Assembly (NCBI GenBank): GCA_963805085.1
Contig: CAWDTA010000002.1
Location: forward strand, 480,001-544,000
Direction of reading: 5' to 3'
DNA: 64,000 nt
Source: an uncultured Veillonellaceae bacterium
Lineage (GTDB): Bacteria; Bacillota; Negativicutes; JARBTT01
The notes under the pieces are model-generated. The model ran no database searches, was not told the origin of the DNA, and saw only the letters and a list, made by a program, of their open reading frames with translations. The position numbers were made by a program, and so were the translations under genes. Shown piece after piece: positions 1 through 9,015 of this stretch. Numbering within the stretch: the first letter of the stretch is position 1; every line of letters starts with the position of its first letter.

Positions 1-165
1 TGAAGTAGTGTGACCTGTCGTCGTCACGGATGAATCCGACAAATTTAAAATACCGCCATTGGTGACTTTAACCCCGGACTCATCGGTATTAGAAGTAGTA
101 TATGCCTGATTCTTCACGGTTGTAGCCCCGCCACTTTGATAGTACGCCATAGATTCTGTACTCAT
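1..165 (-). CDS. N-terminus of a Thr/Ser/Gly-rich, possibly beta-helical protein (runs off the window)
   Basis: ATG at 165 with AGGAGGAG RBS; open to the window edge: MSTESMAYYQSGGATTVKNQAYTTSNTDESGVKVTNGGILNLSDSSVTTTGHTTS. Not in the ORF track. Confidence 0.6.
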   Translation of the reverse strand, partial: MSTESMAYYQSGGATTVKNQAYTTSNTDESGVKVTNGGILNLSDSSVTTTGHTTS

Positions 166-568
166 TATTCTCTCCTCCTAATTCTAATAATATTTGTCTG
201 AAAAATTCAGAAAACCAATATAACCAAGAAACTCATCTTATTTACCATGTGTTTTCTGTATATTGACTTTCACTTATATACATTTATTCAAGCTTAATTT
301 TTAAATGGGTAAAACTAAAAATCTATAGATTCATTGATAAAACAAAAATATTAGAAATAAAAATTACGCATTAGCACATATAAAATAAACGATATTTAAG
401 ACAGATAAAAGCTCTCCTTTCGGTAGCTGGTTATTATGATTTAACCTGCCTGCCATAGGGGAGCTATTAATTAGCTGCTAGTTGTGCCTTTTTCCGCGAA
501 ATATTTCCAATCGAACTTTAGAGACTCCATATTCCTTGGTTTGCTTTCCTCCTCTAATGATTCCTTTT

Positions 569-793
569 TTAATTCGCATAGATAATGTCTCTAAATTCTT
601 CAAATGGAATCTCGTCAGCTATTTCAGTGACTTGACCAACTAGCGAAAAATTATATATATTAACTGCATCTTTCCACTTGATCATCACATATTCTTTGCA
701 ATTTAAATCTATAATGAGTTTAACTGTAAAATCAGCGTTCTTTGTTTCTTCAGCAATAATTGTGTCTTTTGTTGTTCTATAGATTTTATACAT
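569..793 (-). CDS. hypothetical protein (74 aa)
   Basis: ORF with GAGGT RBS; downstream hairpin near 410-465; no recognisable motif. Confidence 0.5.
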   Translation of the reverse strand: MYKIYRTTKDTIIAEETKNADFTVKLIIDLNCKEYVMIKWKDAVNIYNFSLVGQVTEIADEIPFEEFRDIIYAN

Positions 794-1034
794 TTACAAA
801 ACCTCTATTTCCCAAAAAGACATATCTTGTCCCTTGTAAATAGAATGAACCTCTCCCTTTGGTTGTGGCGAGGAGGCTTCCTCGCCACACGCTGGTGCGA
901 TACTTTGACCACAGCTTTTTACTACTTTGTACTGATACCAATTTTATATCCCCCTTCATCATTCTGTAGGAGGTTTCTTCTATCCGCTGACACAGATAGA
1001 AAAAACCAGCATACAGTTTGTTTCAGGGGAAATT

Positions 1035-1075
1035 AAAAAAGCGCATGCGAGGTTATTCCAACCTACACATGCGCT
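1035..1075 (-). terminator. intrinsic terminator/attenuator upstream of ORF 569-793
   Basis: AGCGCATG...CATGCGCT stem followed by a U-run on the minus strand. Confidence 0.55.
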
Positions 1076-1157
1076 ATACTTCATCTTGATTGCATGCAGA
1101 CGCTAAGCCTCTGCCAAAACTCCAATCGTATTATACCGGACGAACGGACTATCTCCC

Positions 1158-1186
1158 TTGTAATCAAGGGAAAAGCACGGTATAAT
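1158..1186 (+). promoter_or_regulatory. sigma70-type promoter
   Basis: TTGTAA-17 bp-TATAAT. Confidence 0.6.
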
Positions 1187-1191
1187 AAATT

Positions 1192-1285
1192 GTCGTCGTA
1201 GACAGCTAGCTGTTACGTGTAGGTGCCAACACACCTGCTCGTGCCTGTGAGTGCTCTAACACTCTCAGGACACGGCGACTTTCTT
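1192..1285 (+). ncRNA. candidate multi-branched small RNA
   Basis: Closing stem GTCGTCGT/ACGGCGAC encloses three hairpins and ends in a U-rich tail; directly downstream of the promoter; no ORF. Confidence 0.45.
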
Positions 1286-1367
1286 AATTTCCACCTTATT
1301 CCTTAATTATAATCCATTTTTTAATGATTGCAAGTAAAAGTAAGTCGAAAATATGATTTTTTTATAT

Positions 1368-1417
1368 AGAAAAAGCGAGGTTAGCGGATTTTTACGTCCG
1401 TCGACCTCGCTTTTTCT
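1368..1417. terminator. bidirectional intrinsic terminator downstream of ABC-F
   Basis: AGAAAAAGCGAGGT...ACCTCGCTTTTTCT inverted repeat. Confidence 0.75.
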
Positions 1418-1518
1418 TTATCAACTTACCATGAATCTAGGAACACTTCAAAGCGTTTAAGAAGCTTCATGTAGATGTTATTAGGGTGTACCCCTGACTT
1501 TGTGCAAACTCCAATTGG

Positions 1519-1560
1519 CATAGGAAAGCTTGAGGATATAGCGAGTCCAGACAATTTATT
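1519..1560 (+). repeat. 42-bp exact direct repeat, copy 1
   Basis: CATAGGAAAGCTTGAGGATATAGCGAGTCCAGACAATTTATT, identical to 8225-8266. Confidence 0.9.
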
Positions 1561-1595
1561 TAATCAATAATATTTGCAAGAATAAAAATTAGAAG

Positions 1596-3515
1596 CTAGG
1601 AACCGTTTATTTTTAGCCATTCCTGATACAGTGCCCCCTTAGTATCTTCCCATTCTTTTTTTTGCAAAAGTAAAGGTTCCATCGTAAGAAAATCGCTGCC
1701 ACATAATTGCATTCGAGTTTCTAGAGCAGCAAGTGCTGATTCTAGTTCCTGAATAGCGTTTTCAATTTTTTCAATTTCTACAATAGCCTTTTTAGAAATA
1801 GTTTCTGTATGTACGGAAACAGGTAGTTTTGTAACAATTCTGGAACTTTTATGAACATCAGTTATTTTGCCTTCCGTATGCCTAGTCTGATATTCTAACT
1901 GCTCATTTCTTATTTTTTTTTGTAGGTAATAATCATAATTACCATCATATTTAGTTAATTTACCATTCTTTAATTCCCAAATTCGAGAAGCAAATTTGTT
2001 AATAAAATATCGGTCATGAGATACAAACAACACAGTGCCTTTAAAATCATCTAATGCTTTTTCTAGCCATTCTCGTGAATCGATATCCAGATGGTTGGTC
2101 GGTTCATCGAGCAATAGCAGATTAACGTTGTTTTGCATCATTAAGCAAAGCCGCAGTCTACTCTTCTCTCCTCCAGAAAGTTTACCTGTCGTCCTATATA
2201 CGCCTTCACCTTTAAAACAATATCTTGCTAGTATGTGGCGGGCATCATTTTCGCTTATATCTAACTCATAGCTTACTGTTTCCAGTACACTAAGCATGGG
2301 GTGTGAAAAAGTAACTATTTGTGGCAAATAAGCATACTTGATACTATTGCCAAGTTTAACTTCGCCAGCGTCAGGAATTATTTCGCCAGTAATTATTTTT
2401 AATAATGTAGATTTTCCAGAGCCGTTTATACCCAACAAGACAGTCCTTTCACCTCTATACAAGGTAAAGTCGAGACTGTTAAGAATATTATGATCGTCAA
2501 AGTTTTTACTTAGATTCTTGGCAACAAGAACTTCCTGCCCTGAGAAAGTATGTTCGTTAAATTTCGTTTGCATTCGTTGCTCATATTGTGGTCGCTCGAC
2601 TTTTTCCATCCGCTCAATGCGTTTTTCCATGTTTAAGGCTCTTTTGTGCAGAGACGGACTATCGCCACGTTGTGCCCACTCATGCAATTGTTTGGCTGAA
2701 TTTTGCATTCGCTTAATTTTTTTTTGTTCTTGATTAAATTCCTCTTGACGCTGTAGACATCGAGCTTTTTTTTCAGCCACAAAGTATGAATAGTTACCTT
2801 CATATAGATCGATTTTTCCGTCAGATAATTCAACAATACGAGTTACTACTTGATTAAGAAAATATCGATCATGAGATATGACAACGACAGTCCCCTTATA
2901 TTCGTGTAAGAATTTTTCCAACCATTCGATAGCAGTAACATCCAGATGATTTGTTGGTTCGTCGAGCAGGAGAATTTGCGAATTATTAATCAATAATCTG
3001 CCTAACATAACCCTTGTTTTTTCCCCACCGCTCAACATAGAAAAATTAGTCGCTAATAGTTCGGAACTGAATCCAAGACCAGTACACACCTTCTTAATGT
3101 TTTCTTCCATTTCATAGCCATGCCTAGCTTCAAAGTTTTGTTGCAGGTGCCCGTACTTTTCCAAGGTATTATCAATATCGGTGACATCAGTCATTGTTTG
3201 TTCCAATGCGATCATTTGAGCTTTAATTTCAAGTAAATCACTATAAGCTGAACAAAGGGCTTCATATGCAGTATAATCCTCAGGAAAGTCGGTGAATTGT
3301 TCCAAAACGCTCACGAGAGATCCTTTTCGAATCATTACCTCTCCGTTGTCACTTGGAATAACACCTGCCAATATATTTAATAAGGTTGTTTTCCCTGTCC
3401 CATTTTTACCTAATAAACCAATTCGTTCACCTATTTGTATTTCAAAAGTAACTCCCTTGATCAAATGGTCGGCACCATAGTATTTTTCAATGTCACGCAA
3501 AGCTATTTCAATCAT
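1596..3515 (-). CDS. ABC-F family ATPase (ribosome-associated, possibly ribosomal protection type)
   Basis: Two ABC domains (GKNGTGKT, LSGGE, LLLDEPTNHLD twice), linker and C-terminal coiled coil, no TM segments. Confidence 0.9.
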   Translation of the reverse strand: MIEIALRDIEKYYGADHLIKGVTFEIQIGERIGLLGKNGTGKTTLLNILAGVIPSDNGEVMIRKGSLVSVLEQFTDFPEDYTAYEALCSAYSDLLEIKAQMIALEQTMTDVTDIDNTLEKYGHLQQNFEARHGYEMEENIKKVCTGLGFSSELLATNFSMLSGGEKTRVMLGRLLINNSQILLLDEPTNHLDVTAIEWLEKFLHEYKGTVVVISHDRYFLNQVVTRIVELSDGKIDLYEGNYSYFVAEKKARCLQRQEEFNQEQKKIKRMQNSAKQLHEWAQRGDSPSLHKRALNMEKRIERMEKVERPQYEQRMQTKFNEHTFSGQEVLVAKNLSKNFDDHNILNSLDFTLYRGERTVLLGINGSGKSTLLKIITGEIIPDAGEVKLGNSIKYAYLPQIVTFSHPMLSVLETVSYELDISENDARHILARYCFKGEGVYRTTGKLSGGEKSRLRLCLMMQNNVNLLLLDEPTNHLDIDSREWLEKALDDFKGTVLFVSHDRYFINKFASRIWELKNGKLTKYDGNYDYYLQKKIRNEQLEYQTRHTEGKITDVHKSSRIVTKLPVSVHTETISKKAIVEIEKIENAIQELESALAALETRMQLCGSDFLTMEPLLLQKKEWEDTKGALYQEWLKINGS

Positions 3516-3787
3516 GAAACATACCTACATAAAGCAGCACTATTCGTTGCTTTGCATATATTTTTGCTTCCAACATGCATTCCCCCTTAATCAAGACATT
3601 GCGTTAACAAGCAAATTTTACATTACATTTAAGCTACGAATATTTTTATTTCAACTAAATTGTCCACTGCTCATCTTCCTTATTTATTCCTATTTACATT
3701 AAAATACCATAATATCCAATAAAGAACAACAGGTTTATATGAGCCATTAATCAATGAATATTTTTATAACTTTAATAAAAATATTTA

Positions 3788-3842
3788 TTGATTAAAATTG
3801 TAAATAATGGTAAATTAAATATAAACATATATGTTTATATTT
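3788..3842 (+). promoter_or_regulatory. promoter of the peptide/ThiF operon with a palindromic operator
   Basis: TTGATT-17 bp-TAAATT with TGn extension; perfect 26-bp palindrome AAATATAAACATA/TATGTTTATATTT at 3817-3842. Confidence 0.6.
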
Positions 3843-3861
3843 GTAAAAGGAGGAATAAAAG

Positions 3862-3921
3862 ATGTCTATTAAAAAAATTGCTAAAACATCTACAATTGCA
3901 TCAATTACTCATAGAAGCTAA
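3862..3921 (+). CDS. putative RiPP precursor peptide MSIKKIAKTSTIASITHRS (19 aa)
   Basis: Strong RBS AAGGAGGA, ATG...TAA, first gene before a ThiF-like enzyme; too short for the ORF track. Confidence 0.8.
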   Translation: MSIKKIAKTSTIASITHRS

Positions 3922-3982
3922 TTCCTTGGTGGAAGCATCATAGTGCTTCTATCCATTTTGTTTGTTAAATAATAACAATAAT

Positions 3983-4023
3983 TTGCAAAAAGGACTAGCA
4001 TAAAATGCTAGTCCTTTTTGCAA
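3983..4023 (+). terminator. hairpin between the precursor and ThiF genes
   Basis: Perfect 18-bp arms TTGCAAAAAGGACTAGCA / TGCTAGTCCTTTTTGCAA, 5-nt loop. Confidence 0.8.
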
Positions 4024-4043
4024 GCATATCAATATGAGGAGAG

Positions 4044-5084
4044 TTGAAAATGAGATATACCTTTTCACCATTAGCTCTTTTTTTTCAAAATGTAGAAGAT
4101 GTATTTATTATATATAACGACGAAATTTTATGTATTGAAAATTGTACTGATGATATTTTAAAGGGTATTGCATTAATTAAAAGAGGATGTACTGATACAC
4201 AACTAATACAAGAATTAGGTAAAGAAGAGACAACTAAATTAATAAATTCAATGCAAGATTTTGATTTAATAAGAATTAACTATAAAAACGAATTTTCAGA
4301 AAATATAGTAGAACGACAAATTTACTTTTTCGATACCCTATCACAAAACCCAAATGAAATACAAAAGAATCTTCAATCAAAAAGAATTTGTATTTTAGGA
4401 ATGGGTGGTGTAGGATCAATTGTATTCCAACACTTAATTGGAGCTGGTATCAAGTCGTTCATTATTATTGATAGCGATATTATTGAGGTATCTAATTTAA
4501 ATAGACAATTTATGTTTAACTCAACACAAATAAATCAATTAAAAGTTGAAGCAGCAAAAGAATATGCAAAAAACATAGATGCTAATATTGATGTTAGTGG
4601 ATATGCTAAATTTATTAATTCAATAGAAGATTTATATTTTTTAAAAGAGAATAAAATTGATTTTTTTGTTTGTGCTGCTGATTTACCGCCTGGCAAGATT
4701 CAAAATATTGTTGGCGAATTTTGCAAAGAAAATAAGATTCCATTTTCTTTTGGGTCTGTAGGAATAAACTTTGGTTCATGGGGACCATTGATTATACCAG
4801 ACAAAAGCATATGTTGCTACGATTGTTTTCGCCGCGAAGAAGAAAGGTTAATGTCAGATGTGGAAAAAAGGATATTAAAATGTGCAAATGAAGTTATAAA
4901 AGCTTCATTTGGGCCAACTAATACTGTGATTTCTGCTTTTTTAGCAAAAGATATTATTATGTTTCTATCTGGAAGTAAAGATATTCAAACAATGAATACT
5001 CGAACTTATTTAAACTTCCAAACAATGGAAACTACAAGAGTTTCAGGAAAATCATGCAAATGTAAAACTGCTATAAATTTTTAG
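4044..5084 (+). CDS. ThiF/MccB-like (E1-family) adenylyltransferase
   Basis: ERQ motif, GMGGVG, DSDIIEVSNLNRQ, CYDC plus C-terminal Cys; N-terminal extension that could bind peptide; start may be ATG 4050. Confidence 0.9.
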   Translation: MKMRYTFSPLALFFQNVEDVFIIYNDEILCIENCTDDILKGIALIKRGCTDTQLIQELGKEETTKLINSMQDFDLIRINYKNEFSENIVERQIYFFDTLSQNPNEIQKNLQSKRICILGMGGVGSIVFQHLIGAGIKSFIIIDSDIIEVSNLNRQFMFNSTQINQLKVEAAKEYAKNIDANIDVSGYAKFINSIEDLYFLKENKIDFFVCAADLPPGKIQNIVGEFCKENKIPFSFGSVGINFGSWGPLIIPDKSICCYDCFRREEERLMSDVEKRILKCANEVIKASFGPTNTVISAFLAKDIIMFLSGSKDIQTMNTRTYLNFQTMETTRVSGKSCKCKTAINF

Positions 5085-5087
5085 ATA

Positions 5088-6350
5088 ATGGAGAATCAAG
5101 TGAATAAAATGTTGGATTATTATAATAATTTAATTAGTATTAACAAAGATATAGTAAAATTAAATATATCTTCTTTTTTTTACAGTTTGTTTTTTGATAG
5201 GGCAATTTGGACATTATTTTTATTAGAAAAGGGATTAGATGGGTTACAGGTAGGTCTTGCAGAATCTTTGTTACACATATCAATTGTTTTATTCGAAGTA
5301 CCTACAGGGATCATAGCCGACATTTATGGGAGAAAAATAAGTTTAATTATTTCGAGGATAATTTCTATTATTTATGCTGTAGGATTAATGTCTGTGAATA
5401 ATATTTGGAGTATCTATTTTATATTTATTCTATTTGGATTAGGATCAACATTTTCCTCAGGGTCGGATACTGCGCTTCTATATGATTCTATAAAAGGTAA
5501 TAAAAAAGAAAAAGATAAACAATTCACAAAAATTAACGGTTACTATGGTGCATTTATTACAGCAGGTTTGACCTTAGGCATGTTTTGTGGCGGATTTTTA
5601 CAGTCTGTATCATGGAATACGGTATATCTTTATATAGCAGTAGTTCAAGTAATATCAATTATACCATTAATAAATATGACAGATAACTCTGGGCTAGTTA
5701 AGGCAAAACAGGGAAAAAACCAGGATTTTTCTTTCCTCGTTTGCTTAAAAAATTTAGTTATCAGTAATCTAATTGTTTTTAAAAATCGTTTATTTTTTAC
5801 TTTAGTAATAGGGATAGTTATTTTTACCGCGACAATTAATACACTTTATCTATTTATTCCAATCTGGTTTAAGGAGCAGGGATTTGATGAAATAATCATA
5901 TCTCAAATATTTACACTAGATTCTATTATTGGAATTATAGCTTATTCTTGTGCATATAAACTAGAAAAAAAAGTAAACATCTACACTTTATTGATAATAT
6001 TACCATTAATATCATTGATTGCTTTATTATTACTACCAATCACCAATAGTCTATCGCCTATATTATTCATCATTATTAACAATCTTGCAATTTTATTTTA
6101 TCCCTTATCCAGTGCCTTAATTAATAAATTAATAAAATCAGAAGAAAGAGCAACAATATTATCTTCAGTGAGTTTCTTAAGTTCAATAATTATAGCAATT
6201 CAGTTTCCTACCATTGGGTTTTTAACAAAATATATAGATACGGGATTTGTTTTATCAGGTCTTTCGATCTTTTGTTTATGTTCAATTATTTTACTTTGGC
6301 AAACCAATAGGAAGGGGATATTAAATTACAATGAAAAACGATATTCCTAA
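5088..6350 (+). CDS. MFS transporter (probable exporter)
   Basis: About 12 hydrophobic segments; EVPTGIIADIYGRK (motif A). Confidence 0.9.
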   Translation: MENQVNKMLDYYNNLISINKDIVKLNISSFFYSLFFDRAIWTLFLLEKGLDGLQVGLAESLLHISIVLFEVPTGIIADIYGRKISLIISRIISIIYAVGLMSVNNIWSIYFIFILFGLGSTFSSGSDTALLYDSIKGNKKEKDKQFTKINGYYGAFITAGLTLGMFCGGFLQSVSWNTVYLYIAVVQVISIIPLINMTDNSGLVKAKQGKNQDFSFLVCLKNLVISNLIVFKNRLFFTLVIGIVIFTATINTLYLFIPIWFKEQGFDEIIISQIFTLDSIIGIIAYSCAYKLEKKVNIYTLLIILPLISLIALLLLPITNSLSPILFIIINNLAILFYPLSSALINKLIKSEERATILSSVSFLSSIIIAIQFPTIGFLTKYIDTGFVLSGLSIFCLCSIILLWQTNRKGILNYNEKRYS

Positions 6351-7827
6351 TGATAATATTTTGGTGTTTAGCGTTGATACTGATTTTTTAACACTAGATC
6401 CTGCACTTGTCGATGATTATATCGGTTTAATTGTCTGTCAATCTTTATTCGAACCGTTGCTTATATTAGATCATAAAACTGGAGAAATCATTCCAGGTGC
6501 AGCAAAACATTATAAAATTTTGGATAATGAAAAAACATATATATTCTATTTAGACGAAAACAATAAATGGTCAAATGGCGAAACTGTAACAGCATTTGAT
6601 TTTGAATTTGCATTTAAAAGAATTATAGCTGCTAAAGAAAATTCTGGCGTCAGTTCATTAATTTTAGACATACTAAATTCTAATCAAATTATTAATAATA
6701 AAGTAAACGTAAATGAACTAGGAGTAAAAGCAATTGATGAATATATATTTGAAATAAAACTAAAAAGACCAGTTTCTCATTTTTGTGAATTACTTACTAA
6801 TCCTAATTTTGCGCCTGTTCCGCACAATGTTATCCGTATGCATGGCGATGCATGGATGCAACCGCAAAACTTTGTTTCAAATGGTCCGTTTATTCTAAAA
6901 GAATTAAAACGTAATAAATATATATTTGTTGAAAAAAATCCATATTATTTTAACAGTAACAATAAACAAATTCAAGGAATTAGGTTTTTAATTAATAACG
7001 ATTTCAATAAACAAATTAAATCTTATGAAGAAAATAATATTCACGTAACTTGCAATACGTTATTTCCGTATAATTTAATTGAGAATTATAAAAACTGTTT
7101 AGATTTTAATATAGAACCGTTTCTTTTATTATCATATATTAATATAAACTTTGCTAAAGGAGATTTCATAAATAAAAAAGTAAGACAGATGTTATATTAT
7201 GCAATCGATAAAGAATATATTGCTGATAAGTTATCGAATGGAATAAATTCAAATTATGATTTTGTTCCGTTAGGAATTAAAAATTATAAGCCAATTAATC
7301 CAATTTCTTATAATCCAGAAAAAGCAAGAAAAATATTATCCGAGTTCCCGAACATAAAGCGTACATATGAATTAATTTATGCAGATTTCTATCCTAATAA
7401 GGAAATCCTATCATACGTATCAAAATTCTGGGAAGAAGTATTAAATATTAAAGTAAATCTTCTCCCTGTATCATTTGACTGTCTTATAGATAAATTGTGT
7501 AATAATAATTTTGATTTATGTCTTTCATTAATAGCAGCAAGATATAATGAGCCATCAGCATATTTAGAAGATTTCGCCAAACCTAGTTTACTAATGAATA
7601 AGTATGACGAATATAATAAATTATTAGTAAAAGCAGTTGAGACACATAATGCAACTATAAAAAAAGATATCTACAAAGATATTAATAATATTCTTATTGA
7701 TATCTTACCTATATTTCCCTTGTTTTCTTTCAATAGTATATATTTGAAAAAACCCTATATAAAAAATTTTAAAATATTTCCTTGCGGTCATTTTTCATTT
7801 AGAGATTTAGATATAGAAAAAATTTAG
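6331..7827 (+). CDS. OppA-like peptide-binding protein (SBP family 5) with no signal peptide
   Basis: TLDPA, KWSNGETVTAFDF, SNGPF motifs; no hydrophobic leader or lipobox; no permease genes nearby. Confidence 0.85.
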   Translation: MKNDIPNDNILVFSVDTDFLTLDPALVDDYIGLIVCQSLFEPLLILDHKTGEIIPGAAKHYKILDNEKTYIFYLDENNKWSNGETVTAFDFEFAFKRIIAAKENSGVSSLILDILNSNQIINNKVNVNELGVKAIDEYIFEIKLKRPVSHFCELLTNPNFAPVPHNVIRMHGDAWMQPQNFVSNGPFILKELKRNKYIFVEKNPYYFNSNNKQIQGIRFLINNDFNKQIKSYEENNIHVTCNTLFPYNLIENYKNCLDFNIEPFLLLSYININFAKGDFINKKVRQMLYYAIDKEYIADKLSNGINSNYDFVPLGIKNYKPINPISYNPEKARKILSEFPNIKRTYELIYADFYPNKEILSYVSKFWEEVLNIKVNLLPVSFDCLIDKLCNNNFDLCLSLIAARYNEPSAYLEDFAKPSLLMNKYDEYNKLLVKAVETHNATIKKDIYKDINNILIDILPIFPLFSFNSIYLKKPYIKNFKIFPCGHFSFRDLDIEKI

Positions 7828-7969
7828 CAACCGATATTAGCAGGTAAAAACATCTGCTGAATTTCATGACAAAAAAATGGTAACAGCCTACATGCACTCA
7901 CATCAGTTCCAATTCCGCCTCCTATCATCACCACAAGTATTCTGTAATTGCGTGATACGAAGACACATA

Positions 7970-8833
7970 TCAATCCTCCAATATGCGATAAATCGCCTTT
8001 GCTACACCATGTTCTGCATTACTTGCAGTTATATATTTTGCCACTTTTTTAATTTCCGGTATTGCATTTCCCATAGCAAATGAATTTGGAAACTCTACAA
8101 ACATTGAATAATCATTGGAACTATCACCTAAAACAGCGACTTCTTCTTTTCTTATCCCTATTTTTTCTGCAACTTTAGCTAATATGCGTCCTTTGGTGGC
8201 ATTAACATCATTCACTTCAATATTCATAGGAAAGCTTGAGGATATAGCGAGTCCAGACAATTTATTCAGCGCTTGCTTAAGCACATTGATCTCATCAATT
8301 GACCCTGCAAAAGAAACAAATTTACCTATATTTATATCACTTTTCAAGAACTCCTGCAAATTTGTTATGTATTTCATCTTAGCAAAATGAGGATGCGTTA
8401 TCGCATGTTGATAAATTTCATCTGAATCTATAAGCGCGGGATAAAAAGCTTTTACTCTTTCTATCATTCCTTTTAAGGTTTTTTCCTTTGTATTCGTTGT
8501 ATAATATCCATCATCGGTATATATTTCAGCAGCTGCATCATAATTTGCCATTATATTTAAAATTTGAACTGCTATACTTTTATCAATATAGATCCCTGCA
8601 ACGATCTCACCGGCAATATCCCTATATTCTCCGCCATTTAAGACAACGCATTCACATGTTAAGCCACACTCATCTAAGAATGGTTTAACATCTTCATATG
8701 CTCTGCCGGTTGCAATCGCAAAGACAATACCTTTTTCTTGTGCCATTTTTATAGCTGCTATATTTTCCTTTGATATTTTTCGATTCGTTCCTATTAAAGT
8801 TCCATCCATATCAGATGCAATCAATTTTATCAT
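7970..8833 (-). CDS. Cof-type HAD-IIB phosphatase
   Basis: DMDGTL, ATGR, GDSSND, AMGNA motifs; start likely ATG 8833. Confidence 0.92.
   Translation of the reverse strand: MIKLIASDMDGTLIGTNRKISKENIAAIKMAQEKGIVFAIATGRAYEDVKPFLDECGLTCECVVLNGGEYRDIAGEIVAGIYIDKSIAVQILNIMANYDAAAEIYTDDGYYTTNTKEKTLKGMIERVKAFYPALIDSDEIYQHAITHPHFAKMKYITNLQEFLKSDINIGKFVSFAGSIDEINVLKQALNKLSGLAISSSFPMNIEVNDVNATKGRILAKVAEKIGIRKEEVAVLGDSSNDYSMFVEFPNSFAMGNAIPEIKKVAKYITASNAEHGVAKAIYRILED
8225..8266 (+). repeat. 42-bp exact direct repeat, copy 2 (inside the Cof gene)
   Basis: Identical to 1519-1560. Confidence 0.9.
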
Positions 8834-9015
8834 TTTAAAACTCCTCGTACACTTTCTTAAATTAATTACTTTTAACAATATACCTAATTATAAGTTTACC
8901 TATATTTTATTTACTACATATTTTTATAATGTAAAAGCTTAAATAACTGATTTATCACTTATATGAGCAATAAAAATCTGGTGTAACCCTTTATCGAGGC
9001 AGCACCAGATTTTTA

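Noticed and set aside
827-1036. 69-aa + strand ORF as a type I toxin
   Set aside because: TTG start without a convincing RBS; runs through a hairpin; composition not persuasive.
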